DNA of 64,000 nt, taken from positions 13,330,001 to 13,394,000 of the forward strand of contig NC_135760.1 of assembly GCF_052425735.1 (NCBI RefSeq), given 5' to 3'. The position numbers and the translations under genes are program-made. Positions 49,201 through 61,092 of the stretch are shown piece after piece (position 1 is the stretch's first letter; each line of letters starts with the position of its first letter). Below the pieces are notes generated by a model that saw only the letters and a list, made by a program, of their open reading frames with translations, was not told where the DNA came from and did not search any database. The DNA comes from Oculina patagonica (lineage: Eukaryota).

Positions 49201-50256
49201 GTTCTGAAGAGTTGTGATTACATGACCTTACATCAACACTGCATCTGCCAGATGATAGTTTTCTGTCAGACCTTGGACTAGCTAGTTTGAATTGTCACTG
49301 AGCCGTCCTCTCGCTTATCTCCCCACGAGAGGACCACTGACAATTCAGACTATGGACTAGCTTTTTCTGTCTCTTATATTTTCTGGTTTGTGCATCTTTT
49401 TCCCAAAGTGTTAAAATGAAGTTTCGGCTAGTTCTTTTAAAGCCTTCATCAGTTAAAACACTGAAGCTGTTACACACGATTTAAAAGAGCAACACATTAA
49501 GAGCGTGCGCTGCAAACCCGGATTGCGCAAAACACAAAAGAGCCATTGCTATGTTCGACCACGACTCTAAAGTCTCCTGTCACGTTCACGAAAACAATCA
49601 CCAATTTTCACAAGCGACTCTTTTTGGAAGCCTGGTTGTCAATTAAGAATCCGCACTCTGGGAACGACCACATTACAGTCCCAGAGGTCTACAAATCCTT
49701 GGCACGCGCATGGGTATTGCGCCACGTTCTTTCTAGCCTGCATAGCAGGCGTCTGAGTAGTTTTTGTAGCGCGCGTATTTCCTCGCGCAGCCTTCTCACG
49801 ACCACGCACTCTTTAAACACAGACGCCTGCTATGCAGGCTACGTTCTTTCTGAAACTTCACACGTTATTTTTGCAGCGCGCACTCTTAACGTGTTGCTCT
49901 TCAGTATTTTAACTGATGAACAGCACTAGCCGAAACGTCTTTTGAAAGTAACATAAAAACAGTCAGCGTCAAACCACAAACAAACTATGTCATCTCCTGA
50001 CTACAATCACACAATTTTTAAACGTGTTAAATTGAAGTTGACCAACATTTTAACAAGAGTTGATGCAAAAACAATGCTTAAAAGTATTTTTTTTTTTTTG
50101 TAGTGTATCCAAATCCTTGGTGGTATGGGTTATGTCACTGATATGCCAGCAGAGAGGCACTACAGAGATGCTAGAATCACAGAGATTTATGAAGGAACAA
50201 GTGAAATACAAAGAATTGTAATTGCTGGAAGACTTTTGAAAGAATATGGCCAATGA
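43240..50256 (+). CDS. ACADS: Short-chain acyl-CoA dehydrogenase, mitochondrial
   Basis: Exons 43240 (or 43213)-43482, 46257-46406, 46622-46733, 47321-47643, 47766-47822, 47967-48047, 48213-48308, 48929-48985, 50104-50256. Motifs [46 protein letters not shown] and [18 protein letters not shown]. Confidence 0.96.
43606..43897. mobile_element. Harbinger-type MITE
   Basis: taa|tgcacctatcaatgttaagcccga / tcgggcttaacattgataggtgca|taa. Confidence 0.85.
43988..45605. mobile_element. 1.6-kb non-autonomous CAG..CTG DNA transposon with 7-bp TSD (P/hAT-like)
   Basis: TIR caggagcccatcaactggagcct..gagtcaaccctttcccgtat mirrored at 45530-45605; TSD gttatgt. Confidence 0.8.
46800..46900 (+). mobile_element. 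Penelope-like pLTR fragment with minimal hammerhead ribozyme core
   Basis: tgact-CTGAAGA-tgac..gtt-GAAAC-GTC-agtca: stem I (tgact/agtca) closes the conserved hammerhead boxes. Confidence 0.65.
47012..47204. mobile_element. TAG..CTA MITE, 9-bp TSD (AcademH-type)
   Basis: tagcctgcgtagctggcggga / tcccgccagctacgcaggcta, TSD ttgtcactt. Confidence 0.85.
48453..48666. mobile_element. CAG..CTG MITE
   Basis: cagtcgggggaataagtgc / gcacttatttccccgactg. Confidence 0.7.
49421..49940 (+). mobile_element. 5'-truncated Penelope-like retroelement with inverted pLTR
   Basis: GIY-YIG C-terminal-like peptide [33 protein letters not shown]. 49421-49516 is an inverted copy of 49870-49936; both carry CTGATGA..GAAAC. 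Confidence 0.75.
49734..49841. mobile_element. TAG..CTA MITE, 9-bp TSD, nested in the Penelope remnant
   Basis: tagcctgcatagcaggcgtctg / cagacgcctgctatgcaggcta, TSD cgttctttc. Confidence 0.85.
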
Positions 50257-51018
50257 TAATTTAAAATATTGAAATAGAGATTTGCTTGGATAAATAATGT
50301 CCTTGTTAGCCTTGGTTTTGCTTTTTTTTGTCAGCATTTCAAAGCATTTTAATTTTTAAACTTGACAATGTTGTCCAGTTTGAAAGAAAAAGAAGTTGTT
50401 CATTATATATAAAAGCAGGCTCTTTATTATGAGGTGATAGAATTTCACTCTTAAAAATTTAATAACTTCCATGAAGAACTCATTTACACTGGAGATATGT
50501 GACCATCACAACAAACATTTTTTTTTTTTCAAAAAAAAAAAATTACATTGACGATTACAGTGAGTACATTCAAACATAATTACTACTAGTGCTTTTTTAC
50601 AGTGTTTTTTCCTTTATCACAACAAACATAGTTTTCAAAAACAGTTTTGGGAATTTTCTGTAAAAGAACTAAAATATAATTTGCACTTTTGAATGGAATG
50701 TTGTTGTTAGTTATTGATGGTGCAGTATTGAATATTATTTAGAAGGCATATGCCAGTAAGTTGAGAAATTTTTATGTACAAAATCTACAGATTTACAAAT
50801 TGTATGTGTGCTAATTTAATACAGTGTACAGTACTGTTTGATGTACAAATAAAACACATTTCAGATGTAAATATCTATCAACAATTCCTTCCCCTGAGAG
50901 TCTTGCTTTAAATAAATAATAAAAAACTAAAAAAGGAAAAAAATTCATGTACATGTGTGTGTTTGAGGATATGACATTATGTTGAGTTTCTTTACACACG
51001 GCAGACAAAACAGCTAGA

Positions 51019-53017
51019 CTAGTTGGTCCCAGTATGTGACGGAACACCTTGCGGTAAGAACTCCTGTGCAGCTTCTCTAGCTGATTTCCAGTAATGCAGC
51101 TTGATATGCGCTTGTATTGTCAGTGGTGGCACAGGAGCATCTTCCTCATCGTCCATACTTTCTTCACGTTTTTCCTTTTCCTTTCCCTTCTTTTCATCTT
51201 TGCTTGACTTCCCACGGCTAGCTTTGCCCTTTGCTGGTGTAGCTGCTCGCAGGTTACCTTTGGATGGCTTGTCAGTTGGATCTGTAAAGAAGGAATATGT
51301 AAGAGATCCAGGAGATTCTTAAAATAATGCTACCTTACCTAACAACCTCATGGGAGGTGCAGCGGCTTAACGGTTAGCGCGCTCGACTCAGAGTCGAACG
51401 GCCCGGGTTGGAGACCTGGCCAGGGCACTGCGTTGTGCTCTTGGGCAAGACACTTTGCTCTCAGGGTTCCTCACTCCACCCAGGTGTATGATGAAATGAT
51501 GCTGGGGGGTACCCTGCAATGAACTAGCATCCCATCCAGGGGGAGTTGCAATACAGGGATAAACTCCGACTCTATGGGCCACTTGGCTCGAACACAGACT
51601 TAACCTTTACCTAACAACCTCACAACAAAAGCAAGTACTGACCTTTACCAGGCTTTTTTCTGTCACTAGTATCAGACTTGGCACCAGACCCTCCATCTTT
51701 CTTGTCATTGTCCCCAGTCTCCTCTCCTCCCTCACAGACACACTCAGTCTCCAATTCAAGTTCTCCTTCCAGTAATGAAGCCAAAGGAACTTGACAAGAA
51801 CCAAGAATTGAACGTGTTTGTGGAAGCTCAAATAATTCTATGTCTTCTTGTTTATTCTTCTTGCCTTTTCCATCTTTGGGCTGTAAATTGGAAAAAAGAA
51901 TAGTTTTGTTACATTTTAGAAGAGAATAAAACAGGTAAAACACCTAAAAAAGGGAGTGTATATTTGCATTGCAGTCAGTAGAAAAAAAATTGTATGGTGG
52001 TACATTTTTTGAAGATGCATCTCCACTTACCTTCTCCTTTCCTTTTGCTGAGTCTTTTCGCTTCTCCTTACTTGGAGCTTTCTGCATTTTGCTTCCTGGT
52101 CGACCTTATGAGAGAAACAATGAAACTATATTTTAAGACAGTTTCCTATTGTTATTTACTTATAACCAAAATACATTCATTACAAGCACTTGCACATGTG
52201 AGCAAGGGCCACAGTTTCCACATGTGTTGTGTGGACTCTACTATTCTGTGGCTGTACCATGCTGATGTGTCCCAACAAAGACAAAACTGCTGTCCATGCC
52301 TGCCGCTCTGCACAGGGAAATAGGCATGTGCAGGCATGATGATCGCACAGTCTCCATCTTCCCGCCATTTTTTACCATCTGTTGTCACGTGATTAAACAA
52401 TTTGCATTCACGAGACAACGTGAGCTACTTTTAATCGCTGATGAAGACTGTGCGATACAGTCGAAAGCTGCGCTTATAAACTTTTCAGACCTTGCGACAA
52501 GAATATTGTTCGTATAGAAGTTTGTCTTACTTTTTGCTGAGGCTGGTGGCTTGGTTTCTGTAGTATGCAATGCATTAGGATCCTCCAAAACATACATATG
52601 TTTGGTTTTTATGACAGTGAAATTAATGCCATCCTGAATAAAGTCTCGCAGTGGGACCAGCAGGCGGGTGTGAAACTTCTTACTGTAGTCAAGTTCTATA
52701 CCATCTTCATTCCACGGCAAACTTCCTGTTGCAACTGTTTGAAACAAACCTATGAAGAAAAATATCTTGCTGATAAATAAATTGCTGCTTGAAAACAATA
52801 CAGTAGAACCCCGGTAACTCGAACTCGGATAACTCGAAATAACTTCCATTCCCTTGGACCCACTTTTCAGTCATTTCTTCTCGGTTAACTCAAAAACCCC
52901 GCTAATTCGAACTGTGTTTTGTTTCCCTTCAGAGTTCAAGTAACCAGGGTTCAACTGTATATAGTTTTATGTATTATTTAACAATTAGACTAAAAGCCCG
53001 AGTTTTTCTATCGCTCA

Positions 53018-53051
<34 letters not shown>

Positions 53052-56000
53052 AAGAAACTCTAAAGGATTGCATTCCAAAACCTACAATATTGTGCACTTT
53101 GAAGACCAGAATCAAGACAATTTACCGCTTAAAGAGCTACTCGCGCGCGCAACTGTTTTCTATCGGCAAATAGAAAACAGTGGGAGAACCAATCAGATTT
53201 GCGGATTTCCAATAGAACACAGCTAAGACAGCTGAGTTTCTACTAAATGAATATATTAAACAATGACAATATTATAATATCTGTAAGTTTCAATATTTTA
53301 AAACCAAAAGTCAAACTTGAAGTCCCGACCAGCTGTAGTTTCTCCACCTCCCACATTCCTAGGATAGCTAGTGGTCAGTCAACCTCCTCCTCTTACAGCT
53401 GAAAATGTAAGGCGTGCGTGAAGGCTGAAGGGGAACTCTGAATTACTGGAGAGAACTGTAGCTGTTCAGTGAACAATATATGAGCTAAATGACAGACTGA
53501 CTGACTGACTGTCTGTCTGTCTTACTGACTGTCTATCTATCTGACTGACTGACTTACTGACCCATTGACTGTCTGTCTGTCTGACTGACCCACTGACTGT
53601 CTGTCTGTCTTACTGACTGACTGACTGTCTGTCTGTCTGTCTGTCTTACTGACTGACTGACTGACTGACTGACTGACCCACTGACCCACTGACTGTCATC
53701 TGACTGACTGACTCACCAGAGTCTTGACTTGGCTGATCATCATCAATGTAAACAGTTCCTTCCTCCTGGGCATCACTGGTACTGTCGTCAGCCATGATAG
53801 AGATGGTGGGTATTGACAGAGCAGGGGACTCACACTGGATAGCTGTGGGTGCACTTTTGAGGAACTTGAACTCCACATGATACTTGTGTTCAGTCTTGGG
53901 GTAATCAGAGTTGATTTCAGGATCCTGTAGAAAAAGTCATTTAAAATTCAGAGTTAATAACTTTTGATCTCATTTTATCAATTAATGATGATGAGCTAGA
54001 CTTGCTCCAAGTTGACCTCTCATGAGTCTCTAAAGCAAGCTTTATGGAGGTAGGCAGTCTCTGAAGTGAGCAGAAAAATGCAAACTAACCAAGCTTTTAA
54101 CAAGGTCACACAGCAACAAGTGAGCTAGTTTTACGGAAAAAAATTAAAAGGACTGAGAAAGTCTAATGATGACTCCACTTTATGGGCAGATTAAATTGGT
54201 GATAAGTTTTTAAAGATGCCGGAGGTTCCCCACATAAAAGCGAAGTGGATGCTCATCAAAAATTGTGAAGATACACCTCTATTCTAACAGGTACAAGAAG
54301 CAGAATAGTGGTGTACTCACCTCGACTTCTTCAGGCATTTTAACACCTTTAATGTTCTTGATCGATATCATCAGTTGAGCTTCGTCCACTGGAACATCTG
54401 AAACAAAATTATCAGCAAAATACAATTAATTTCCACCACTGCCAAAAAGGGTTTAAAGCAAAAGTTTAAATTTGTGGCACATCAAAATGACAGAATCCAT
54501 AAGCCATAAATTTCACCACTGTAGTATATATTAAATATTATTTGGTATGTCACAAGTTAAAAATACATGTATCAACTGCAACTTGATAATCTGACTGCTT
54601 TTCACGACTGAATCATTCAGTACCTTTCAGTTTAGAAAGCCCTTTAAAGAAATGTTTCTCATCTGCTGAAATTCTGATATCATCAAGAATTGTAAGTTGG
54701 CGAATCGAGTCAATTGTGTAACCACGGTAACCTGGTACAAGCTGAAAAACAATAAAGTAGAAACATATTTATTTGTATTACATTTTTTACAACTTAACAG
54801 CCCCTGTAAGTACAACAATAACATTTTAATGTAAATTTAACACAGGTAACAGTCGTAACATGTGACCCAGTCAGCAACCTGTACAAGATGCCTCTAACTT
54901 GGGAGTGTTGTAGTTTTCTTGAAGGTTGAAAAAGCGAATCCTCAGTACTGATTGTCATATTTTGTGAGAATTAAACTGCAAATACACCAATTTATAAAAT
55001 GGTCGAGGAATTGCGCGCGCTGTAATTGGTCAATTCGAATTCATTATAATCCCATAAAGCACGCTGCATACGTCACGCGCGTGCTTTATTGAGTTATAAT
55101 GCACGCTGCTTACGTCACGAGTTTAAGCGCGCGCAATTTCTTTAACATTTCATAAAAGAAATAAAAAACTTTCTCCTCGTGCATTATTGAGTTTTATAAG
55201 CACTTGGGAATTTTTAAGAACACTCGAGAAGTGCGAGAAGCACTTGGCTGCGCCTCGTCCTTCTCTATGCACTTCTCTCGTGTTCTTAAAAATTCCCGCG
55301 TGCTTATATAACTCAATAATGCACTCGGGCGCGTTTTTTATTTCTTTAATAAAAAAAAATCCTCCATTAAGTGCTTTTACTTATTGTCATCATTATCTAT
55401 CTGCTTGGCAAAATATTATACCCTCATTAAAGTATTCGTAAGTAACGATAAATATTTGAAAAGTAAAAAGAAGGTAAAATACCCTTGTTAACTTACTGCC
55501 AGAGGATTTCCCTGAAGAACAAGATTTTTAAGTTTACGTAGGGTTTTAAGCACATTGATGGTGTTGTATAGATCTGCAAGATTGTTGAAGCTTAAATCCA
55601 AAGATAAAAGATGTGGCCTGAAACAAACAAAGATGAGGAGTTAACCAGTAAATAATTAAATAATACCGGTATGTTGTTATTTTCCCTGCATATATACTTT
55701 AGTAAGCTTATTCACAGCCCTGGGGACTTGACCCTTAACAATAAAATTAGCCATCTATACAACGTTTTGTTAAATTTCTTTAAAGGTCTGACGAAAAATA
55801 CTAGCCTGTGTTGCAGACGAACTAAACCCCGGCTAGCCAAATACTTCCCTCGTCTTGTTTAGATTTAAATTTAATTTTTTTTTAGTTATTAGTATTTTCC
55901 CTTGAGCAGTTTTATTGCTGGCATTATTAATGGCTTTAATGGCCTACTGTGCCCAAGGGCATGAAGAGGATTGAGTGAGTTGAGTGATTATTAATGGCAA

Positions 56001-59000
56001 TAAATATAAAAATGTTGTTTGTTCTTGGGTAAGGAGTTGTATTTGGTTGAAGTCATACTTTTCCTCTTTATAAATAAAAAATAAGCATTAATGTTTGAAT
56101 GGAGTCTTGAACCCTGAACTTTGTGATAACATTACTTTATGATGAAAGTATTATTCATACCATGCAGTTGACTTCATGTGTCCTGTGATAGAAGAAATAA
56201 GATTGAAGCTGAGGCCCAAGTGAATGAGGGGTGGAGGACACACACACAGAGGACTTATATCAGAAATCTGATTAGCAGCAAGTTCCAGCTCCTGTAAACA
56301 CAAAATAGAATCTGATAATGACCTGTGGTACATCACAGAATTTATTATAAATGGCAATGGATCTGAAGCCTACCTCTAATCCTTTAGGAAGTCTCTTAGA
56401 GTCTATGTTCTTGATTAAATTTGCACTTAAGGTCAGCTGCTTAAGATTTTTAAGTTGAAGAAGGCCATCATCAATTTCTGTTACCTAAAATAAATAAACT
56501 TAATTTAGTCGGTAACAATCCTGAGATGTCACACCAACTGTAAAAATCTAAATAAAAACTAATACAATAGGGCATTAGGGAATTTGGGTGATAAATGTAA
56601 TCAACAGGGATTTTGAGTTTGAACCAAACCCCTTTCATGTTATTTTTTTAAAGCAGGGACATGAAGTTTATCTTATTACTAGTGGTAACCACAGGTTAGA
56701 AAGTGCGGGCCTTGACGCACTTAGAAAAGGTACTGGCACGAGAGTGCGTAATTTTAGATATAGATGGCAGTGTCGTTAAATAAATGATTAAATGGACAAA
56801 AGACAATTATCCCGAGTAACGCGTCAAGCAAGGAATGCATGTTTTTATCGTTTTGGGAAGTGTAATCGAGCACGCGGTGTGAATTGAGATGTGATTTTTT
56901 TCAGTCGGTAAACTCGCTATGTTGTGCTCGCCTTTTATTAACGTGGCGCGATTAATGATAAATCACGCTTAATTGCCGCTAACCGGCCGCGAACCAGTCA
57001 GAGTTGTTTTTTTTGTCGGATGGACAGTTTAGTGAACTGTAGTCGAGCAAGCGGTGTGAATTGAGATGTGATTTTCCTCGGTCGATAAACTCGCTATGTT
57101 GTCAGTGTTATAACGAATTTCTCGAGAATAACCGTTGTTGGAACCATTTGCTTTGCCATGGTTTATGCGTAATACAATCAGAGCAAATTTTCACAAAAGC
57201 AACACCCGTAAAACAAGTCTGCAAATTGTAATGTTTGCAATCTTCCATGTGACAGAAGCCAAGATCTTATGTGACAATCGCTCTTGGAGAACAGATTTTC
57301 TCTTCCGGTGATACGACAAACTGTCGTGATTGACACATTTTTCGCATTCCGATCGTTCTTAGTGGAAGAACAAAATTTTCAACTTCCGTTTTGCAGATAG
57401 TCTTTATAAACGTGGCGCGCACGCGTAATACGCAATCCGCTGGTCACTGTCAAGATTAGGGTTGCGGGCCTCTCTTGGGCCCGCAATAATAGGCATATGA
57501 TCTCACCTTTTTATCTACAATTCGGAGGGATTTAAAGAATTTTAGAATGAAGGCTTCCGTAAGTTGATCTGGTGACTTGACAGCAATTTCTCGTAAGCTC
57601 TCAGCTTCACTGCTCCAAGTGCAGTCCACATCATAAGGAGACTTGATGGCAAGCTCTTGAAGGCTTTCAACAGTCTCTAACTGAGCACTGTTTTCTGTCA
57701 GAGCACATTGAAAATCAAGACACACATTTAACAACCCTTGTAAACTAAACATGAAACCTCAAAAAATAAATAAAAAATCAGGGCTATTTTATGAAACAGT
57801 CAATAGCTGTTATTGCAGTTGAGCCAGCGATAATATATTCTTTTGTTAAAAAGGTATGCGAACAGGGCGAAAGGGTCAACACATCAGTGAACACAATGCG
57901 GAAGGACCCTTAAGCCTCGTTTGAATGTCAAACAGCTGAGAACTCCAATAACAGCTATTCAAAATGAGATGTACGAAAAAAACTTGTCTCAGCTACATTG
58001 GCTTAGTTATCTGGTAGTGTGTCAGAATATTGCTTGTTATCAAAATGAATGTGCTTGTAAACTTTGATGAAACATTCACAATGTAGTGCCAAGACAGCTG
58101 TCATAATGTTATCACTTAGACTTCTAGTAATGACTTATTTGATCACCATTGTTCTCTCTCAATCTGAACATTGGATTAGTTTTTTTGGGTCTCAATTAAG
58201 TCTTCACTTCCAGGAAAATATCCATACTCACCCAAAGAAAAGGGGAGTGGATATGGTTGGGTGGAGGTGTGGGTTCAAAAAACCCTTCCATATCATGGAA
58301 TGATGTTTTCTGAACCAACACAATAAGAGTCATGGTGACATATTCAAAATGTGTGTTGGGGGGGGGGGGGGGAGGGGGCAGAGGGGTCAGAACTTCCTGT
58401 TTCCCGTACCTCTTACTCCCACCTCCCATCTCTTTTTCTCCTGCGTCCCATCCCTTTTAGTAGTGGTTCCCTTCTCTTTGCCCCATTAATTTTGCAAAAT
58501 ACAGTCAACTCTCGTTATAGCGGACACGCTTGGGGCGTCGTTTCGTGTCCGTTATAGCGAGAGTCCGTAATAGCGGGAGTCATTTCCAGTCAAACCTTGT
58601 TCGTTGGGGATCTGGATTTTGTCTGTAATAGTGAGTGTCCGCAATAGCGGGGTGTCCGCAAGGCGAGAGTTAACTGTATAACACAACATTGCAAAAAAAT
58701 TTCAGTTTCTTCCTGTTCCTGCCACCTTGGGAATCCCACCATCTCTTATTCCGCCTCCTGTCCATTTTTACGCGGGATCCTACCCTCCTGTCCCCCTCCA
58801 CCAAAATAAAGAAAGGGGTTTGACAAATCTCTTTTTCCATGTACATGAATTGAAGAGTGCCTACCAGACCCTAGTTTATGAATTAAGATTCTTTTAAAAT
58901 CCCTTCCTCAATACAAAGTCATACCTGGAATTATTGCTGGGTTAACTGCAGATGATGATCTTGCACCCAGCTTCAAGGTACCTGTACTCTTCAAGCTCAC

Positions 59001-59342
59001 ATTACTGCTCACATTTTGAGCTCTCTTGAACAAAAAGAAAACGATATTTCAGTATGTTATAAGTAAGATTTTACCTGACCCTCATTTTAGCTTAAAACTA
59101 TAAATGACTTAATGATCAGGAGGGAAATTGAGGAAACAACTGCGCAGACCATAAAACCACTAGCTGCCTGTTATTTTCTTGTTTTTCTTTTCCTCCTTGT
59201 TTTTCTTAACGTGGTCAAATGCAAGTAAAATATTCCAGCTTACCCAGCTACCATACCCACAAGGAAATTCTCGGATGCATAAAGTATTTAGCTGCGAATG
59301 AAACGCGGCAGTAACGTTAAAAGAAGGCACCGTTTCAGCCAT
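51019..59342 (-). CDS. LRRC43: Leucine-rich repeat-containing protein 43
   Basis: Exons 59342-59244, 59024-58925, 57694-57507, 56484-56374, 56291-56161, 55617-55497, 54741-54624, 54397-54321, 53924-53717, 52749-52531, 52104-52031, 51880-51643 (donor ambiguous), 51281-51019. Peptides [45 protein letters not shown] and [21 protein letters not shown]. Confidence 0.88.
51351..51606 (+). mobile_element. tRNA-derived SINE in last LRRC43 intron
   Basis: tRNA-like head (ggcttaacggttagcgcgctcgac..gggttggagacc), conserved core cttgggcaagacacttt, 16-bp TSD ttacctaacaacctca. Confidence 0.85.
52801..52957. mobile_element. TA-flanked pogo-type MITE
   Basis: ta|cagtagaacccc / gggttcaactg|ta; taactcga repeats. 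Confidence 0.7.
52974..53248. mobile_element. Double-hairpin non-autonomous element (Crypton-like architecture)
   Basis: IR aaacaattagacta / tagtctaattgttt, then IR tagaagaaactc / gagtttctacta. Confidence 0.5.
53490..53713. repeat. Compound (GACT)n/(GTCT)n microsatellite next to an LRRC43 donor site
   Basis: Directly visible tetranucleotide repeats. Confidence 0.95.
54990..55350. mobile_element. Double-hairpin non-autonomous element (Crypton-like architecture)
   Basis: IR ttataaaatg/catttcataa, then about 90-bp arms aagaaataaaaaac..gagaagtgc / gcacttctc..gttttttatttctt around cttggctgcgcctcg. Confidence 0.55.
56678..57488 (-). mobile_element. Helentron/Helitron2-like non-autonomous element
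   Basis: On the minus strand: 5' hairpin tgcgggcc-caagaga-ggcccgca; 3' subterminal ggcccgcac, stem-loop taacc-tgt-ggtta, and CTAGT end. No TSD. Confidence 0.65.
58502..58676. mobile_element. TA-flanked pogo-type MITE
   Basis: ta|cagtcaactctcg / cgagagttaactg|ta. Confidence 0.75.
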
Positions 59343-59535
59343 ATTATTTCAGTCTATCTTTTAAGTTTGTCCGCCATTTTGGTTGCCAACTAAAACACAT
59401 GGGAACGAGGCTGTCCTGGTTTGTTTCCAAGTGAAGTAAATACAGGGAGGAATCTGGAACCTAGTTTCATTCGTTCCAATGTCGTTCCAAGATGGAGGTT
59501 TGATGCAGATTATCCCGGAGATATTTTAGTTCAAA

Positions 59536-60255
59536 ATGACCGAGAAAAAGGACGAGTTTCTTCGTATAGGCGGCGATTCAGATTTCCAAGGTCGTAGTAA
59601 TTCGATTTTTGCATGTCTAGACAAGCTCGAACCTGAGCAAAAGACTGAAACGAGTGAAACTGAATCGAAGCCAGTTGGACCTCGTGCACCGAAACGTGTG
59701 CCAGATCATGTTTTGCACCCTGAAAAATGGACCAAGTATAGTCTAGAGGAGGACGGCAGTGAAAAGAACGCTGGTATGACTGGTGATGCCTTAAACAGAC
59801 ATACAGCTCTCTCCTTCATGGACGAGATTCGCAAAAGAAAGGAAAATTCTAGCAAAACAAATGCAGAATTAGAATCTGACGTAGTGATGACAGAAAAACA
59901 CGTCTTTTCCAAATCGGCTGTCAAACACAAAATGGAAGTAGATGAAGTTCCTCCTCGGTCCGTGGTTGTTGAGGGTGTCAACGTTATGCCTGAGTATGTG
60001 ATAGGACAATCTCCAGCTAAAACACCTAAAAAACAGCCACAGGCACATTCAGCTGATAAGACGAAACACTCCCCAGGGGAAGTGGTCTCTCTTGAACACT
60101 TGGAAGAGAAAGAAACTATAGACAGTGCTTCGGGGAGCAAAGGTCAGGTCTCTGACTCTGCAGGGGAACAGAAAGAGAAAGCAACATTTACTAAAAGGAA
60201 GGTCAAGGCTCGTGGGGGACTGCGTGAACACAAATCATCAGCAGATGATGAATAA
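59536..60255 (+). CDS. TSSC4: U5 snRNP-associated protein TSSC4
   Basis: Single-exon 239-aa ORF with FQGRSNSIFACL, VPDHVLHPEKWTKYSLEE, NRHTALSFM, VMPEYVIG and SLEHL motifs. Confidence 0.88.
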   Translation: MTEKKDEFLRIGGDSDFQGRSNSIFACLDKLEPEQKTETSETESKPVGPRAPKRVPDHVLHPEKWTKYSLEEDGSEKNAGMTGDALNRHTALSFMDEIRKRKENSSKTNAELESDVVMTEKHVFSKSAVKHKMEVDEVPPRSVVVEGVNVMPEYVIGQSPAKTPKKQPQAHSADKTKHSPGEVVSLEHLEEKETIDSASGSKGQVSDSAGEQKEKATFTKRKVKARGGLREHKSSADDE

Positions 60256-61092
60256 TTCATAAAAACTGTGAACCTGTTTCCACATGCGATCAGGCGTTCT
60301 TTTTCTCACAGTGGGAGGTCAAAAGAACGCCTGATTGCGGTTAACTTGTTAGTTGCCCTGTGGCAAAGAGAACTCTCTTTACCGTTCTTATGGGGATTGA
60401 GTATTTAGTAGATTCTCTGCCCAGCACAATGCATCTTTGTAGATTTAAAGGAATCATGTTACATGTACCTGTTGATTTGCTTATGTATAATAAAGTTATT
60501 CAAATGTATGATAATGGACAGTGGCAGGCAGGACAGTTTCTGTGTGGAGAGACATCCATTATGAACACCTTCTTAACTGAGCAGCTAATCATAGTTACCT
60601 GTTAAAGTGACATATCTTACCATGGCAACCATGTTTTGACAGCCATGTTATCCCAAAGTCAGTCTATTAATATTTATAGATTTACTTTACTATGATGGTG
60701 ATAGATGTGGATCATGTACATATCCCATAAACTAAAATGGCCTAATGTTTTTTTGTAACAGGAACTTTAATGTAACTGCTTGCAATAGGTTACTCTGCAC
60801 AGTGTTATGAGGAAATAGAGCAATTTCTGTCCTCTGCTGTGCTATGAACTGCAATTTGGTCAGGGGCCAACTTGTTTTATGCTCCGAAAAGATTAGAAAA
60901 CTTAAACTCAGCACTTTATTCATATCAGTATTATTAAACAAATATCTAATTATGGTAATTCAAACATGTTCCTAACAGTTGAAAACAAGGAGCCTGCATA
61001 TGCAGATGGATTTCAATGCTGTCTACAGGAAGTTGTTCATTTACAGTAAAGTATTATAAGAAAATCTACAGACTATTGAATATCTTCTTACA

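Noticed and set aside
51351-51425. tRNA-like sequence
   Set aside because: It is the head of a SINE with a 16-bp TSD; no complete cloverleaf.
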